The notes under the pieces: model-generated
Database searches by the model: none
Seen by the model: the letters and a program-made list of their open reading frames with translations, nothing else
Told to the model about the DNA's origin: nothing
In this document: positions 1-13,610 of the stretch, piece by piece
Position numbering within the stretch: position 1 is the first letter of the stretch
Layout: each line of letters begins with the position of its first letter
Assembly: GCF_006345805.1 (NCBI RefSeq)
Contig: NC_043001.1
Location: 2,976,001-3,040,000, forward strand
From: Octopus sinensis
Lineage: Eukaryota
Direction of reading: 5' to 3'
DNA: 64,000 nt
Position numbers and translations under genes: made by a program

Positions 1-661
1 AACATTAACTCAGAAAAGAAGACTTAACATATAATAACAGAAACGGGTGAGGAGGAGAGAATTACTTCGAAACAACAACGATACTCCACAACCAAATAAG
101 GAAAGAAAATAATAAAGAGTACCAAGATGAACTCAGATAAGAAGAATCGAAATTTGAAAATCAAACACAGTCAACAGACTAAATTAAGCGTCAGTGGTGC
201 CATGAATTTCCAAAGTAATAATAGTGATGAAACAGCAGTTAGGTTTCGAATTTAAACAATATGCAACAGAAAGATTATTTGTCAAAATTAAACTGCCTCT
301 TTTTACTCTTTTCTCGTTTTTCTTTTTAATTTTTTTCAATTGTGTTCTGTTTTGTACAGTTTTCTAGTTTGATTTTTTTGGTGAATATATTTTAATTTTG
401 CTTTGCTTCTGTTAATTATAACTAAAATGTTTTTAATCAGTAGTTGTAATTTCATTCATAATGACACTCTTACTTAAACACGACTGTAGAATACAATTGC
501 GTTTATTAAAACAACGAACGTGAAAGATCTTACTCTGAAAACGTTAAAGTTTTTTCAACAACAAATGCCTCAAAAAGGATTTAATGATGCAATTATAATC
601 AATTCAATAATTAGTTAATCAACAGGGTTGTGGAGTGCCCACACCCAACCCATCCAGTAAC

Positions 662-893
662 TTATTTCTTTACTACCCATAGGGGACTAATCACAGAATG
701 GACAAACAAGGACAGACAGACGGATTAAGTCGATTACATCGACCCCAGTGCTTAACTGGTACTTAATTTATCGACCCCGAAAAGATGAAAGGCAAAGTCG
801 ACCTCAGCGGAATTTGAACTCAGAACGTAACGGCAGACGAAATACCTCTAAGCATTTCACCCGGCGTGCTAACGTTTCTGCCAGCTCGCCGCC
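662..893 (-). mobile_element. tRNA-derived SINE, family A (head ggcggcgagctggcagaa..., tail ...gtaaagaaata)
   Basis: Reverse complement matches the copies at 2010-2241, 20540-20769 and 37730-37958, with a B-box-like ctgagttcaaattcc. Confidence 0.85.
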
Positions 894-1169
894 CATCTAG
901 TAACCTTTGTATTTAACTTCCTTTTGATAATATATTTTGTATTAATTATTATGTTTAAGCAATTCTTATTTATTTCCATGCAGATATATGAACTTTTAAA
1001 TATTAATGCTTCTTCACCCTTTCGTCTTTATCTTCCACACGCCATGTTTGCCATCTTTGTAACTCTGCAGTGAATGATTAATGTTTTATAAACATCTTCG
1101 AGGCATATTTTTCATCGTAGTAATAACGAAAAGTTTATTATTATTGTTGTTGTTGTTGTTCTGAAAGAC

Positions 1170-1430
1170 TCTCAGATAGTTCTTAATTACTGGTTATTCT
1201 TTACTTGAAAGCAGACAATAACAAATCACCAAAGGTTTCAAGTAGTGCCTTCTCCTGTGACTCAAAGAGACAATACTCTCCTTAGAATGCAACCTGTACC
1301 CAACAATGCTGTCTTCTGGATCACCTCGAGCCTGAATATGTTTTTCAAAGCCCTTGGAAACTGCTCCTAATGCACCAATTACTCCCGGTGTCATCATTGC
1401 TTTCCTCATGCCCCATGACTTTCCTATCTC
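1170..1430 (-). mobile_element. 3' fragment of an R4/Dong-like (RLE) non-LTR retroelement within an (ATT)n tract
   Basis: Translation ...PGVIGALGAVSKGFEKHIQ... resembles the endonuclease C-terminus IIVGALGMIKK...IQKIALLG of the 51401-52407 ORF. Flanked by att/gtt repeats. Confidence 0.6.
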
Positions 1431-1458
1431 GTCCTGCAGTGGCTGCTATTTCTTAATC

Positions 1459-1499
<41 letters not shown>

Positions 1500-1501
<2 letters not shown>

Positions 1502-1945
1502 GAGTGAGAGAGTAGTGCATGCCATCAAAGCGACACTGGGATAAAATATACGAAGCCCAGTATATCCATCATGACTACCCGTTTGATAAAGGTGCACCAG
1601 GCACATGCATCACAACCATATGTGCGCGACATGGTGATCTCATATCAAGATAAACAGTGCATGACCTTGCAGGTAGGGCCCAGTTAGAATTTTCTTCAGT
1701 CAATTAGCCCAACCTGCTCAAGCTGTTGTTTCGGAATGTTGAACAAAACACCAATGTCTCCAGAGGTGAATTATTCAAACTCCAAAGAATTTCTCTCAAC
1801 ACATGGCTATGATGCTCTCCCACTACTTCTGCTCGTGATCAGAGATGCACATATCGTCAGCCACTAAGGGACATGCTCAACTAGTAAAGGTCAAACAACT
1901 GACAAGCAAATTTGTGGCATTGAGCAGAATATTTGCCGTGGCCCA
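1500..1945. repeat. Probable interspersed repeat nested in an (ATT)n microsatellite
   Basis: Complex, less AT-rich block bounded by (att)n on both sides. No coding frame identified; family unassigned. Confidence 0.35.
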
Positions 1946-1969
1946 TTATTATTATTGCTGTTGCTGTTG

Positions 1970-2009
<40 letters not shown>

Positions 2010-2405
2010 GGCGGCAAGCTGACAGAATTGTTAGCATGCTGGGTGAAATGGTTAGCAGTATTTCGTCTACCACTACGTTCTGAGTTCAAATTCCACCGAG
2101 GTCAACTTTGCCTTTCATCCTTTCGGGGGTCGATTAAATAAGTACTAGTTACGCACTGGGGTCGATATAATCAACTTAATCCGTTTGTCTGTCCTTGTTT
2201 GTCCCCTCAGTGTGTAGCCCCTTGTGGGCAGTAAAGAAATAAGTATTTCGTCTACTACTACGTTCTGAGTTCAAATTCTGCTTAGGTCAACTTTGCCTTT
2301 CATTCTTTCGGGGTCGATGAAATAAGTACCAGTGAAACACTGGGGGTGATGTACTCAACTCGCCCCCACCCCAAAATTTCAGGCCTTGTACCTATAACAG
2401 AAAGG
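2010..2405 (+). mobile_element. Family A SINE followed by a partial short-variant copy
   Basis: Starts ggcggcaagctgacagaa and ends gtaaagaaata at ~2241. The internal segment then repeats from ~2243 with the short tail ccccaaaatttcaggccttg. Confidence 0.85.
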
Positions 2406-2436
<31 letters not shown>

Positions 2437-4260
2437 CCACCACCACCACCACCATCACCATCACCACCACCACCACCATCACCATCACCATCATCAACAT
2501 CATCATCATCATTATCATCATAAGCACTTATGATTCACCGTTTAATCATAGCATTTAACCATGGCACTTTATATTCCAATTTCAAGTATCGTCGACAAGT
2601 TTTGCTTTTTATCTTAACATGGCCGATAAAATATAAACACCAGTCATACACTGGATTAATATCTACCTCTAATCTCCACTAATCCCTACTAATCTCTTCC
2701 TTTAAAACTGGCGACCTTTTGCTTATAAAGTTTATTTTGTCGTTCACTGTGAAATGTCAAGTGCTTAACTCGATAATTTGGTCAATCTTATTCTTCCATG
2801 TTTTGCTTCTGACAACATTTCATATTTTTTGTGTAAAAGAATTGAAACTTCTCTCAGCATCACAACCACAAACTAGTTTCCGTTTCCAAGCTAATATACA
2901 ATTACGGGTTTCCATTCACTTATCTTGGAAATAACCAAATGATTAGCAAAACCACTGCGGTTATCTAATTCCGAAAATCACATATTCAGTGAGGGACGTA
3001 TGGCGTGATCCACGCATAATTTGGGATATACTGGAAGACCGCTTTCCTTATTTATTGTATCTTGGGTGTATCTAGAGCACAAAAAGTTTGATGAAGTCAA
3101 TCCCTTTCCAAGATCTTGAGCATGACGGAGTTAAAAATAGCACTTCAGTTAATGAAATTATTTGTCACATTTTAAGCTTATGCTGGATTACTGGATTAGT
3201 TGAAGAAATATTCTGATCGTGGTACTGATTTGCAGCTAGATAGACGATGCCATTTCTGATAACGCCTACGGAAAACAAACTCTGAGGAACATAAGTGAAA
3301 GAAATATATAAACAGCTAAACCACTCAGCAGATTGGTTTGTACCTGTTAATATTATTATCTACACTCTCTCGTGTATACATGAATATACATACATGCATA
3401 TATATATACAGCTGCCAACTTTCATGTACAAAAGATAAAATAGAACGAATACTTATACAGATATGTATATATATATTTATAATTGCGCTAAGGCAGCAGA
3501 TTGGCAGCACACTGAATGGAATGTTTGGTAGTGTTATCTACGATTCTCTGTGCAATGAGTTCGATTCTTGCTGAGGCCAACTTTACTTTTCATCGTTTTA
3601 GATTCAATAAGAATGAAACAATTCAGAGCAGAGGGGGGACCGACAGAAGTGATTCGGGGTCGAACAAGATGCTTTCCAGTCTTTGCAGCCTGACAGCAAC
3701 TTCTGCTGCAACAGGGAAGAAACCAACAGGGAAGAAACCAAGTCCAAAACACTGGCCTTTCTCTCACTTTCAGTCTTCAAAGACCCTTTTATCAAGCTCT
3801 GCACGTACATATAGAGAGACATGATCAACCTTGACAGATGGAAGCCCTTCTATTAATCTACTTTGAAACAACCCTACTCTGATCCGGACTAACCAGTATT
3901 CATACTTCCAACACTTTCCCTCTTATTCTATTTCTGTTTCTAGTCTCACCTTTAAGTAAATTCTGCTCTTTTCCTCATTTGATCTCTCCTGCTAACCAGC
4001 ATAGGCTCATTAGCATTTCACTGTCATCAATTGTGTTTGAGATCTCGTAAATAAATAAATAAATAAATAAGTAATTAAATAAATAACAATTTGTCTTGCT
4101 TCTCGAAAAAGGAATTGTAAAAACATCGAAACGTTTAACCCAACGGAATTAAAGATATTTCACACTATATGAGCAGTCGAAAGTTTTTGCTGGTGCAGGC
4201 CACCTTTAGTCACCCAAGAGTCTATATTCTATTTTCTGTCGACCAAATATCATTTGCTAG

Positions 4261-4334
4261 AATATCTGAAAAGACTATGGCATTTTATCGCGGTGCTGCG
4301 CAATGGGAAGAATTTGGAACCCAAAATCTCCAAA
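4261..4334 (+). CDS. Candidate coding exon of an unidentified host gene (74 bp)
   Basis: Acceptor tttgctAG and donor AAA|GTGAGT. One open frame reads YLKRLWHFIAVLRNGKNLEPKISK (phase 1 to 0). No homology recognised. Confidence 0.3.
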
Positions 4335-4779
4335 GTGAGTTTCTCCCCTACACAACCATGTCCACAATTATACATGTGTGCGTGTATGTCTGTATAAATA
4401 TATATAAGTGTGTACAAATGTTTATGCACATATATAAACATCTTACATACATATTATATTGTGCAACCAAAATATGCAATAACAAAGTTGCATGCGTGTA
4501 TTCCACAAATGAAAGTCATTTAATTCCGTTCTTGTACTTGGTTTGCAAGATTCTCTATGTGAATTTGTGTGTTGAAGCATATTTCATTGCGTAAGGAGAG
4601 TCATTCTCTTTTAGTGCCTTATTATTTAACACACTCACTGGTTCGATTTCCACTCACACTCACCGGTTTCTACTCAATCTCACTGGTTCAATTTTCATAA
4701 TCAACGGCTACTAAAAGAGTTGCAAGATGCTATGAAAATTTTAGAAAAAATAAATAACTAAATGAGTGGATATTGAACC

Positions 4780-7720
4780 GGTGTGTGTGTTAAATAATAA
4801 GACACTAAAGAAACTAAAAGAGAAGACTATCCCCAGACTCAATAAAAGATACTTAAGATTCACCGAAAAACCGTTGAATGGCGAAACTGGTCGAAATAAT
4901 GTGAAATCAAAGAATATACTGCTATTAAAATATTATAAGTCCTGCAATCTATTATTTTAATTATTTTGCTTTCATTGGTCTTACTCTTATTTTTACATTC
5001 CATTCCGAGTAGATCCATCTTTGAATCTTAAGCATAAACTCTGTACATGTACTTCTATTTGACTAATATCGCTAATGATGTGTATTTTAATAAATATCTC
5101 ATAAATAGTACAGAAAATTTAATTCATAATTGTTGACGAGCATTCTCCTTTGTCGATAAAAGAGGATATCGAATTCCAATCAAATTCACAATTTGTGATT
5201 AGGCCTAGAAGTTGCCCTCCTAAAAGAAATCTACTGAAACCTTCTTTCAAAGACAACTTCAGAATGGTAAGCACAGCCAGAAGGCATAAAATATTCTTCT
5301 TCCGACAAATAGCATCACCAATGACTACAAAACAATAAAACAATCTCAACATCTCATATTCTTTAACTGAGAAGGCTAGAAATACAAGCCCAAGTTTTAA
5401 CATAGATGACAGAGTGGATATCATTGAACTATAATATATTTTGGAAAAGGTTCGCAAATAAATATTAAGAATAATCTTAAAATCTTCTTTTCAGACCAAA
5501 AAAGGAAATTAAGCAAAGAAGACATAAGAAATCAACAATAGCTTCTAGGAAATTCAGATTATGTTGTTTTAGATGTTGCCATGTAATATACAGAATTTAA
5601 TAAGATGGTATCGTATTCTTTCCATGTATTTCTTCACGATTGTAAGCGTCAACCATCTGGCAGGTTTAACTGCTCGCGGACCTAAGCATCTTTAATCAGG
5701 TGAAAACATACATAAAGCATGCACAAATATCGGTTTCAAATTTTGGCACAAGGCCTGCAACTTCTGAGAGGGAGCAAATCGATCCCAGTGCTCAACTGCT
5801 CTTTATTTCACTGACCTTCGATGGATGACCTTGGCTGGGTAAAGTCGACCTTGGCAAAACTCGAATTCAAAATGTGAAGAAAGATGAAATCCCACTCAGC
5901 ATTTTGCCCGAAGCGGTAACAATTTTGCCAGGTAGCCGCCTTAAAACATACTCTAATACTGATTTCAACTTTTGGCACAAGGCCTGCAACATCGGGGTGG
6001 GGACCAGTCGATTACATTGACCTCCATGTTCAAGTGGTTATTTAACGATCTCGAAAGTTTGAAAAGGAAAGTCAACCTCGGCTAAATTTGAACTCAGAAT
6101 GTAAAGACAGACGATATGCTGCTAAGCATTTTGCCTGTCGTGCTAACGATTTCGCCAACCCGCTGCCTTAAAACACTCACTAATATTAACAAATCACGCA
6201 TGTATTCAAAATAGACGTCAATCTTGTTATGCAAGATTCATAGTAACGGCTTTTCACCTTACCATCAGACTAAAATCATCATCATCATCGTTGTCGTCGT
6301 CATCATCATCATCATTACACACACACACACACATATATCAGACATAAGCACTACTACGAACTGGATGTGGTATAGTTGAATATTACCCTTATATGTTCAT
6401 ACTTCCAGGTGACTCTCATTAAAAGCTCTTCATGTACCAAGACTCCATGCTACTATTGCTGAGAAAAAGGCATAATAATACCAACGTACTCGCTTAAATT
6501 ATATATTCGCTTGTTTAATGGCAGCTTCGAAGAATGGTTAATGCAGACCATTTTGATTTAAGCACTGACACTGGAGATTCTGCAAGGGTTTCCAACTGGA
6601 AATCAAGTCTAATAGGAATTTATATTTTAGATCTAATTCTCAACAGGTGCCATACCAGTAATAGAGAATTTTGGCGTAAGATAATGATCTAGATATGTCT
6701 GGAATTATAATATGCTGCAAGCAGATAATTGTTTAAGACAGAACTGATAAAACTATTCAGTATCTTGAAACTTCGAATTACAGAAGCACAAACTTATAAA
6801 TAGTGTCTTAAATATAGCATTAGACATTTCTAAGGAAATAATTCAGCCATGCATGAAACGTAATGAACCAATATTATATACATACATATACATATATATA
6901 AGTGTGTGTGTGTGTGTGTGTTTATGCAGGTGTATCAGCTAAAACAACCCACTGTGTATCGTTGGATGTTTATCCATTATCCTGAGCCAACGAATTTGGA
7001 GCATTTGTTATGATGCTCATTTAATAAAGAAGGAAGCAAATAAAACAATTCCATTGATTTCTAATTGTTACAAAGAAACGCTTAAATATAACGGATGAAG
7101 TTGACTTGTTAGGAACAAGAAGAATAGAAAATCAATATGGCATGATCTTCCATTTTCGATAAAGGTAAGAAAATTAATAGGGAAATATTCTCTTAGTAAG
7201 AAAACACTCTTCTAGAAGAAAAACTTTATTACATATTCCATCATAGTAGGTTAATTAGCACATTCTAAATTTGCCTTGAACAATAAAATAAATTTGAATC
7301 ACCAATACCCAATTAGTGGGCTGCGGAGAGGCGGTTGCCACTCTCATTGTATATGCCCAGTCAACAGGAACTTCTTGGAAAAATATGTTATATAAGCAGC
7401 TGTTGTTCCAGCAATTATTAAGAAAAACGACACTGGCTATAACCACAAGCCAATATAAGGATAGATTTTATCAGCACAATTATACATTCTGAGTATTCCA
7501 AAGAACGGTGATAGAAACATTTACTTATAAGTTTTTATTGGAAAACAGTAAAATACACCAGGCTAATTTCTGGAAGCTTTTGTATAACACTTACATAGAC
7601 ACAATCAAAGGTATTTTATCTTTACAATATAGAAGACCACCGATCTGAAATTATACTAAAGTATTTGATTACTACACAGAATTAAATAGCTCCAAGATTA
7701 CACACGCAGGTAAGGAGTAA
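4780..7720 (+). pseudogene. Highly decayed Penelope-like element (RT + GIY-YIG), interrupted by SINEs and microsatellites
   Basis: Interrupted motifs appear in the expected order: RSCPP...LLKPSFKD (N-terminal, ~5205-5250), LIGIYILD followed by a degenerate YRDDG-like segment (~6620-6690), and SQYKDRFYQHNYTF (~7445-7490, post-YIG helix). Confidence 0.5.
5720..6170 (-). mobile_element. Two tandem degenerate family A SINEs (short variant)
   Basis: Both carry ttttggcacaaggcctgcaa...aaagtcgacct...gaactcagaatgt...ccgcctta. Confidence 0.75.
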
Positions 7721-7926
7721 TAAATATAAAGGGCATCTCAATTGGGTTAACAAAGATGTTAATGCTATGACAGGGAATCTGTAACTGAATTAGTGTGACA
7801 TCCGGTAGTTTACAAATATATTGAAAGATTAAGAGGTCATAGATACGGCTGACACACACAAATAAATATATGAGTGTATATAAATATATGTATGTATGTG
7901 TGTGTGCGTGTATATATATATATCAT

Positions 7927-7959
<33 letters not shown>

Positions 7960-8384
7960 ATATATATATATATGTGTGTGGTTGTGTGTATGTATCTATC
8001 TACGTCACAAAGCTAAAGTCGACTGGGACTTCAGATTCGGCCTATTTGTTGCTCAGCCAATTGTTCGATAAGAACGACTGAGCAAACCAATAGACAAATG
8101 CGAAGTCCCACTCAATTTGATTTTTAATGTATATTTGACTCTACAATCAGGAGAGAATCACACCAGCTCAGCTATCATACTTTAGAGTGGTTAAAAATAA
8201 CATTACTTACCATATATGTGCGTATATGTATGTATATATATAACTAATGTAGGATAATGTAGAATTTTTCTTCTCCCCTTATCTTGTTAATTATTTATAA
8301 ATTTAACCTTTAAAGGTATTTTTTATATGCTGGCCATTGATAAAATTTTTTTCCCGAAAAATATTTTATCCTACATTAGTTATA

Positions 8385-8538
8385 TCATCATCATCATCAT
8401 CATCATCGTTTAGCGTCCGTTTTCCATGCTAGCATGGGTTGGACGGTTCTACTGGGGTCTGTGAAGCCAGAAGGCTTCATCAGGCCCAGTCAAATCTGGC
8501 AGTGTTTCTACGGCTGGATGCCCTTCCTAACGCCAATG
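8385..8538 (-). mobile_element. Family C element (RTE-type 3' end with (ATG)n tail), truncated
   Basis: (cat)n-cgtttagcgtccgtttccatgctagcatgggttggacgg...ggatgcccttcctaacgcca, shared with 36568, 58317 and 62630. Confidence 0.8.
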
Positions 8539-8561
8539 CCCTTCCATATATATATATATAT

Positions 8562-8685
8562 ATTTAAATTAAATTAGAGATAAAACCACTATTAGGCAAC
8601 TCAAACAGTGATAGAATTTTTTTTTTTTATGTCTATCACTGTTTGAGTTGCCTAATAGTGGTTTTATCTCTAATTTAATTTAAAT
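8562..8685. repeat. Perfect inverted repeat (54-bp arms, 16-nt spacer) at the end of a Penelope-terminus-like fragment
   Basis: 8562-8615 is the reverse complement of 8632-8685. The right arm continues to ~8760 as a homolog of 33435-33545. Confidence 0.9.
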
Positions 8686-9126
8686 TTATATTTATACTGT
8701 GAAATTTGATTTAATCATAAATCTAATTTCTCCCTGTAAGTTTGGATATACTCCCTAATACTATATATATATATATAATGGATAATAAAACGAATGGTTT
8801 ACACTTGGTAGATTACTGGTAAAGCATGGTCACAATTGTCGTAATTAATAATAAATTCTCGTATATTCCATTTCCGTCTTCCATTTGCCATATATGTACA
8901 TATACATGCATACATACATACATACATACATAAATACATAAATACATGCATGCATGCATGCATACATACATACATACATACATACATAAAGACACACACA
9001 CATACATATATTTATATATGGTGATTATCTTCTGATGGTTATAGTCTCTTTACACTTCCTCATTGTCAATGGCACTTATAACTTCCCGGCCGTGATCACC
9101 CAGATAAATATTCCGCCCCATTCTAG

Positions 9127-9306
9127 GTCTCAATGGTCCGAAGCAGAATTTGTAGTTCTTACTGGATTGGTCAGTTCACTTTGTGGGAGAAGGTGTTCTT
9201 CGATCAACGTTTCAAATGTTTTTATCTTGAATTTAAACCTCCTTACTGGTTAGTCTTGCACTCGCCTCCTTCTTTCAACGCCATAGGACTTTCAGTAGGT
9301 GCAATG
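9127..9306 (+). CDS. Candidate coding exon (180 bp, phase 0-0) of an unidentified host gene
   Basis: Acceptor ccccattctAG (in-frame stop at the acceptor) and consensus donor ATG|GTAAGT. Open frame VSMVRSRICSSYWIGQFTLWEKVFFDQRFKCFYLEFKPPYWLVLHSPPSFNAIGLSVGAM. Confidence 0.4.
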
Positions 9307-10504
9307 GTAAGTGAGGTCACCCTACATGTGTGTAGACATGTGTGTATTATTGGATTTTAGTGATAAACGCTTCTAGAAGAGAAACGATCTGATGTAAAAC
9401 TTGTGGCTTCTCGGGTTTGCTGGTAACCTCACTTCGGCCTGTCACTGGGTACTATTCACAGAGACTCAGAAGGCGTTACTCGTATCGTATTCATCCCTAC
9501 AATCCTGTGATAGACAGATGTCTCTTTATGGTGATGTCATTTGTCATTCTATCTACGCAAAACACTATGCTGAAGATTATGTCAGGTTAGTCCTCATGAT
9601 ATTTGTAACATGTAACCCGTACAACCTGTTGTACGGTCAGTCCACTGGAAACCAATCTGGTAACACTACTAGCCTACTTGTCAAAGAAGGTCGCTTTGGG
9701 TTGACACCTTGCTGAATGAAAAACAAAATCTGTCAAAGGGCAGCTGAACTTTGTTGAGTTAATGGTCACTCAACAGCTATAAAAACGCTGGGAGTAACGA
9801 AGCCATAGCTGCTCTCACAGCGCTAGGAGTGGGACGCTTCGATGAAAAACCTGCGATTTCACGTGACAGCTAGTCAGTTGGCTTTGTCTTATCACTAGAT
9901 ACCAAACACACACACGTACACACACACACACACACATACACGCACACACATAGACTTGCATATACATATATACTCATGCACTGTTATATTTATAAAGCAA
10001 AACGTCAAAGACTTTCTCACCTTCCCGAGCGTTAAACTAATACACCTGTTTGTTGTTTATACACCTGTCTTCGTCTTTTGTCTTTCTGCATGCATATACA
10101 TATGTGCACAAAATGTAAATAATTAACAATGATGTCCAGGTATCAATGCATTACAGCAGTTTCAAGCGCCTCCATTTGGTCGATCAATGAAAACATTACA
10201 TCAATTTGAAAGAAACCATTCTCCTCAGACGCAGATGACCCTCTACATTTCCAACATAAAGGATAAACCATTTTTAGCATTTATAGCAAATTGATATCAG
10301 TACTAGAAACCAATTTAATTGTATAGTTTCCTTGTTATATTTGTGGCAGAATGAATTCAGAGAATAACGAGTATCTATTTAAGCCTACTATAATTTAGAG
10401 GGGAAAATAGTGGAGTTGAAGATATAAGAGTGGTGAAATAGTTATTTATTTTTAGTTATAAGAGTTTAGGCAGCGTATAGTCTGCAACTATTTAGAATTA
10501 ACTC

Positions 10505-10589
10505 CATTCGGAGTTATCAGCTACGTTCCAGTTGATGGTGATAAATTAATTAATGTGTTTATGCGTGTGTACACACACAAACACAAACA

Positions 10590-10668
<79 letters not shown>

Positions 10669-10840
10669 AAATAAGCAGCAAGGGTATCCAGAGGTAATGC
10701 AGTACGATCGTTTCATGCGACTCCATTTAATTGAACAATGCAATCATTTCATTACATTCGGAGTTATCTGCTACTTTCCAGTTGATGGTGATAAATTAAT
10801 TAATGTGTTTGTGTGTGTGTACACACACAAACACAAACAC

Positions 10841-10890
<50 letters not shown>

Positions 10891-10980
10891 AAATAAGCAG
10901 CAAGGGTATCCAGAGGTAATGCAGTACGATCGTTTCATGCGACTCCATTTAATTGAACAATGCAAACATTTCATTACATC
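10505..10980. repeat. Direct tandem duplication (~250 + ~225 bp), each copy containing CA/TA microsatellites
   Basis: cattcggagttatc...ttcattaca occurs twice. The copies differ mainly in microsatellite length. Confidence 0.9.
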
Positions 10981-11915
10981 AATTTAAAATGTAGAGCAAT
11001 CTTCAGCTGCTGAAAGACAGAATTTAATTAAATTAAAAGGACTCATTAGTATAATTTTACCTAAAATCTTCAAGAGGATAAGGAGATAGATAAAGATAGA
11101 TAAAGAACATGTTTTATCAACAACATCATAGTTGTAACGATCGTGCAGCATTACCTCTGCATATCCTTGTTGCTTATTTTGATTTTAATCACCTTATTTT
11201 GAAATTGTATGGATAATACCGTACTAAATTCTGGTGCCTCAACTTAAGTACCATATTCATCTGAAACTATATATATGTGTGTGTGTGTGTATATGTGTGT
11301 GCATATGTATAATTATACATGTGTATATATATGTGTGTATGTGTATATGTATACATATGTACACATACATATATATGTATATATATATATATACATATAT
11401 ATACATATATATGTATTTGTGTGTGTGTACATATATATATATATATGTATGTATATATGTGAGCATGTATAATAATTAATTGTAGGATTCTTTAGAACCA
11501 AGGTATTTTGACAAACGGGATTAGCATATCCGCTTACGGACACTCACGCATATATCAATGCATGTACGGACATACTGCAACACTTACATACACATGCACA
11601 AGAACAAACCAGCACACGCATTGATATAAGTTTACATGTATATGAAGTTCTACACATGCATACCATGGCAACGAACAAAATTCTGCTAAACATTTCATCC
11701 GGTGTGCTAACGATTTTGTCAGTTCACCACCTTAATAATAATAATAATCGTTTCCAATTTTGGCAAAATTAGTGAATTTGTGTCAGCTATTTTTCAGGGA
11801 TTCACGAATTCTTGAAAGGGACAAAAGTGCTTAATAGTTTTTATGAAAATGTATTTAAATGCATACATACATGCATGCAGGTGTGTGCATGTGCGCACGC
11901 AAAGACACGCAGAAC

Positions 11916-11968
<53 letters not shown>

Positions 11969-12796
11969 TATTTATATGCATGCTAATGTGGGTGTATATG
12001 CGTACATGTAAATATGTTATTTCGTTGATTACTTTTTAGAAAAACCCAAAAAAGAACGATTTACTTGATGTTGGGACTCTATATATCTAGTCTCATTTAC
12101 CTTTTACTTGTCAAAGTCATCGGACTGCTAAGTTACGGGGAAGTAAACAAACCAAGACCGGTTGTCGCCAGCAGCGGCGGAGGACAAACACACACAGTGT
12201 TATATGTATACAAATATATAAATACATGCTTACATATAAACACACTCACGTATATATACATGCATATGCATACATACATACATACATACATATATATATA
12301 TATATACGTACACACACATAAATTCACTCACACACACATATATACATGCTGATGCGGTCTAACCTGCCCTATAGTTAGCCTCCTGTAGCACGTGACATCA
12401 CCTTTCAACTTTCAATGGTTGATAATGTAAGTACCAGACAAGTATGGCGGTCAATAAACCTGACTGTAGCCTCTTCCGCTTCCCCCTCCTCCCCTTCCTC
12501 CTCCATATGATGCTGATAAATACAATAAAGATGTTTGCGTTGATGCTGGTGATGATGACTCCCGAGGACAAAACTACGTTGTGGCTGTGTCGGTGGTGGA
12601 GACGAGGTCGAAGATTATGATTAAATTGAATTATAATCTCTCGAGGGAATTCGGTTACAAAATCTCGTACTTCAAATAAATTTTCGTTGTAAATCAAATT
12701 GATGTCATTTGACAAGGATGAGGAAATGAGATTAAATTATCTCTTACAAAGGCAATAGAGGAAATACAACAACACGAACGATCATGGCAAGCAGAA

Positions 12797-12864
12797 GAAG
12801 AAGAAGAAGAAGAAGAAGAAGAAGAAGAAGAAGAAGAAGAAGAAGAAGAAGAAGAAGAAGAAGA
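12797..12864. repeat. (GAA)n microsatellite
   Basis: Over 20 uninterrupted gaa units. Confidence 0.95.
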
Positions 12865-13239
12865 GTAAGGAAAACAGTCGTGTGGCTTTATATGGCCAGT
12901 CAGAAGAATAAGAGCAATCATAACAATATAGACAAACAACAATATGATCAGTCATAACGATTGGGATAATGAGAATCAACAATACAATGTGAAAAGTCAC
13001 AAAGATAAGATAAGATATGTCATAACCACATAGGCAGTCACGACAATATGATTAATCATTATCGTAACCGTAATCTTAATAACAGTCTTAATAAAAAGAT
13101 CAATGAGGGCAATCCTAAACATATGACTAGTCATAAACATATGACTAGTAGTCATAAACATATGAAGGAACAGTAAGAAGAAGTTGGGCAATAATGAAAA
13201 TTATTATTATGAATATGGCCAATAACATCAGTCATATCT

Positions 13240-13610
13240 GCGCAGGCGTGGCTGTGAGATAAGAAGTTTGCTTCTCAACCACACTATCCAGGGTTCAGTC
13301 CTGCTGCGAGGCAACTTGGGCAAGTGTCTTCTATAGCCTCGGGCACACCAAAGCTACGTGAGTGGATTTGGTTGATGGAAACTGAAAGAAGCCCGTCGTA
13401 TATGTGTGTGTGTCCCTCACTGCTGTTTGACAGCCGGTGTTGGTGTGTTTACGTCCCCGTTACTTAGTGGTTCGGCAAAAGAAAGCAACAGAACAATTAC
13501 CAAGCTTAGAAAACGCACTGGGGTCGATTTATTCAACTAAAACTTCTTCAAGGTGATGCCCCAGCATGGCCACAGTTAAATGACAGAAACAAGTAAAGAA
13601 TAAAAAAAAA
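13240..13610 (+). mobile_element. tRNA-derived SINE, family B (ggcgcaggagtggctgtgtggtaag...), degenerate
   Basis: gggttcagtcc B-box, ttgggcaagtgtcttct, gtgagtggatttgg, ...aaacaagtaaaga, as in 18330 and 24303. Confidence 0.8.

Noticed and set aside
2946-3070. Short frame containing VWRDPRIIWD, reminiscent of the Cys-loop receptor WxDxRLxW motif
   Set aside because: Only ~42 codons, no following IWxPD motif and no good splice donor.
3516-3824. 102-aa ORF with a possible acceptor at 3601
   Set aside because: No recognisable domain and no strong donor.
12398-12715. 105-aa ORF with a TM-like segment followed by a basic tract
   Set aside because: Built from low-complexity cat/gga-type sequence, with no convincing splice sites or recognisable homology.
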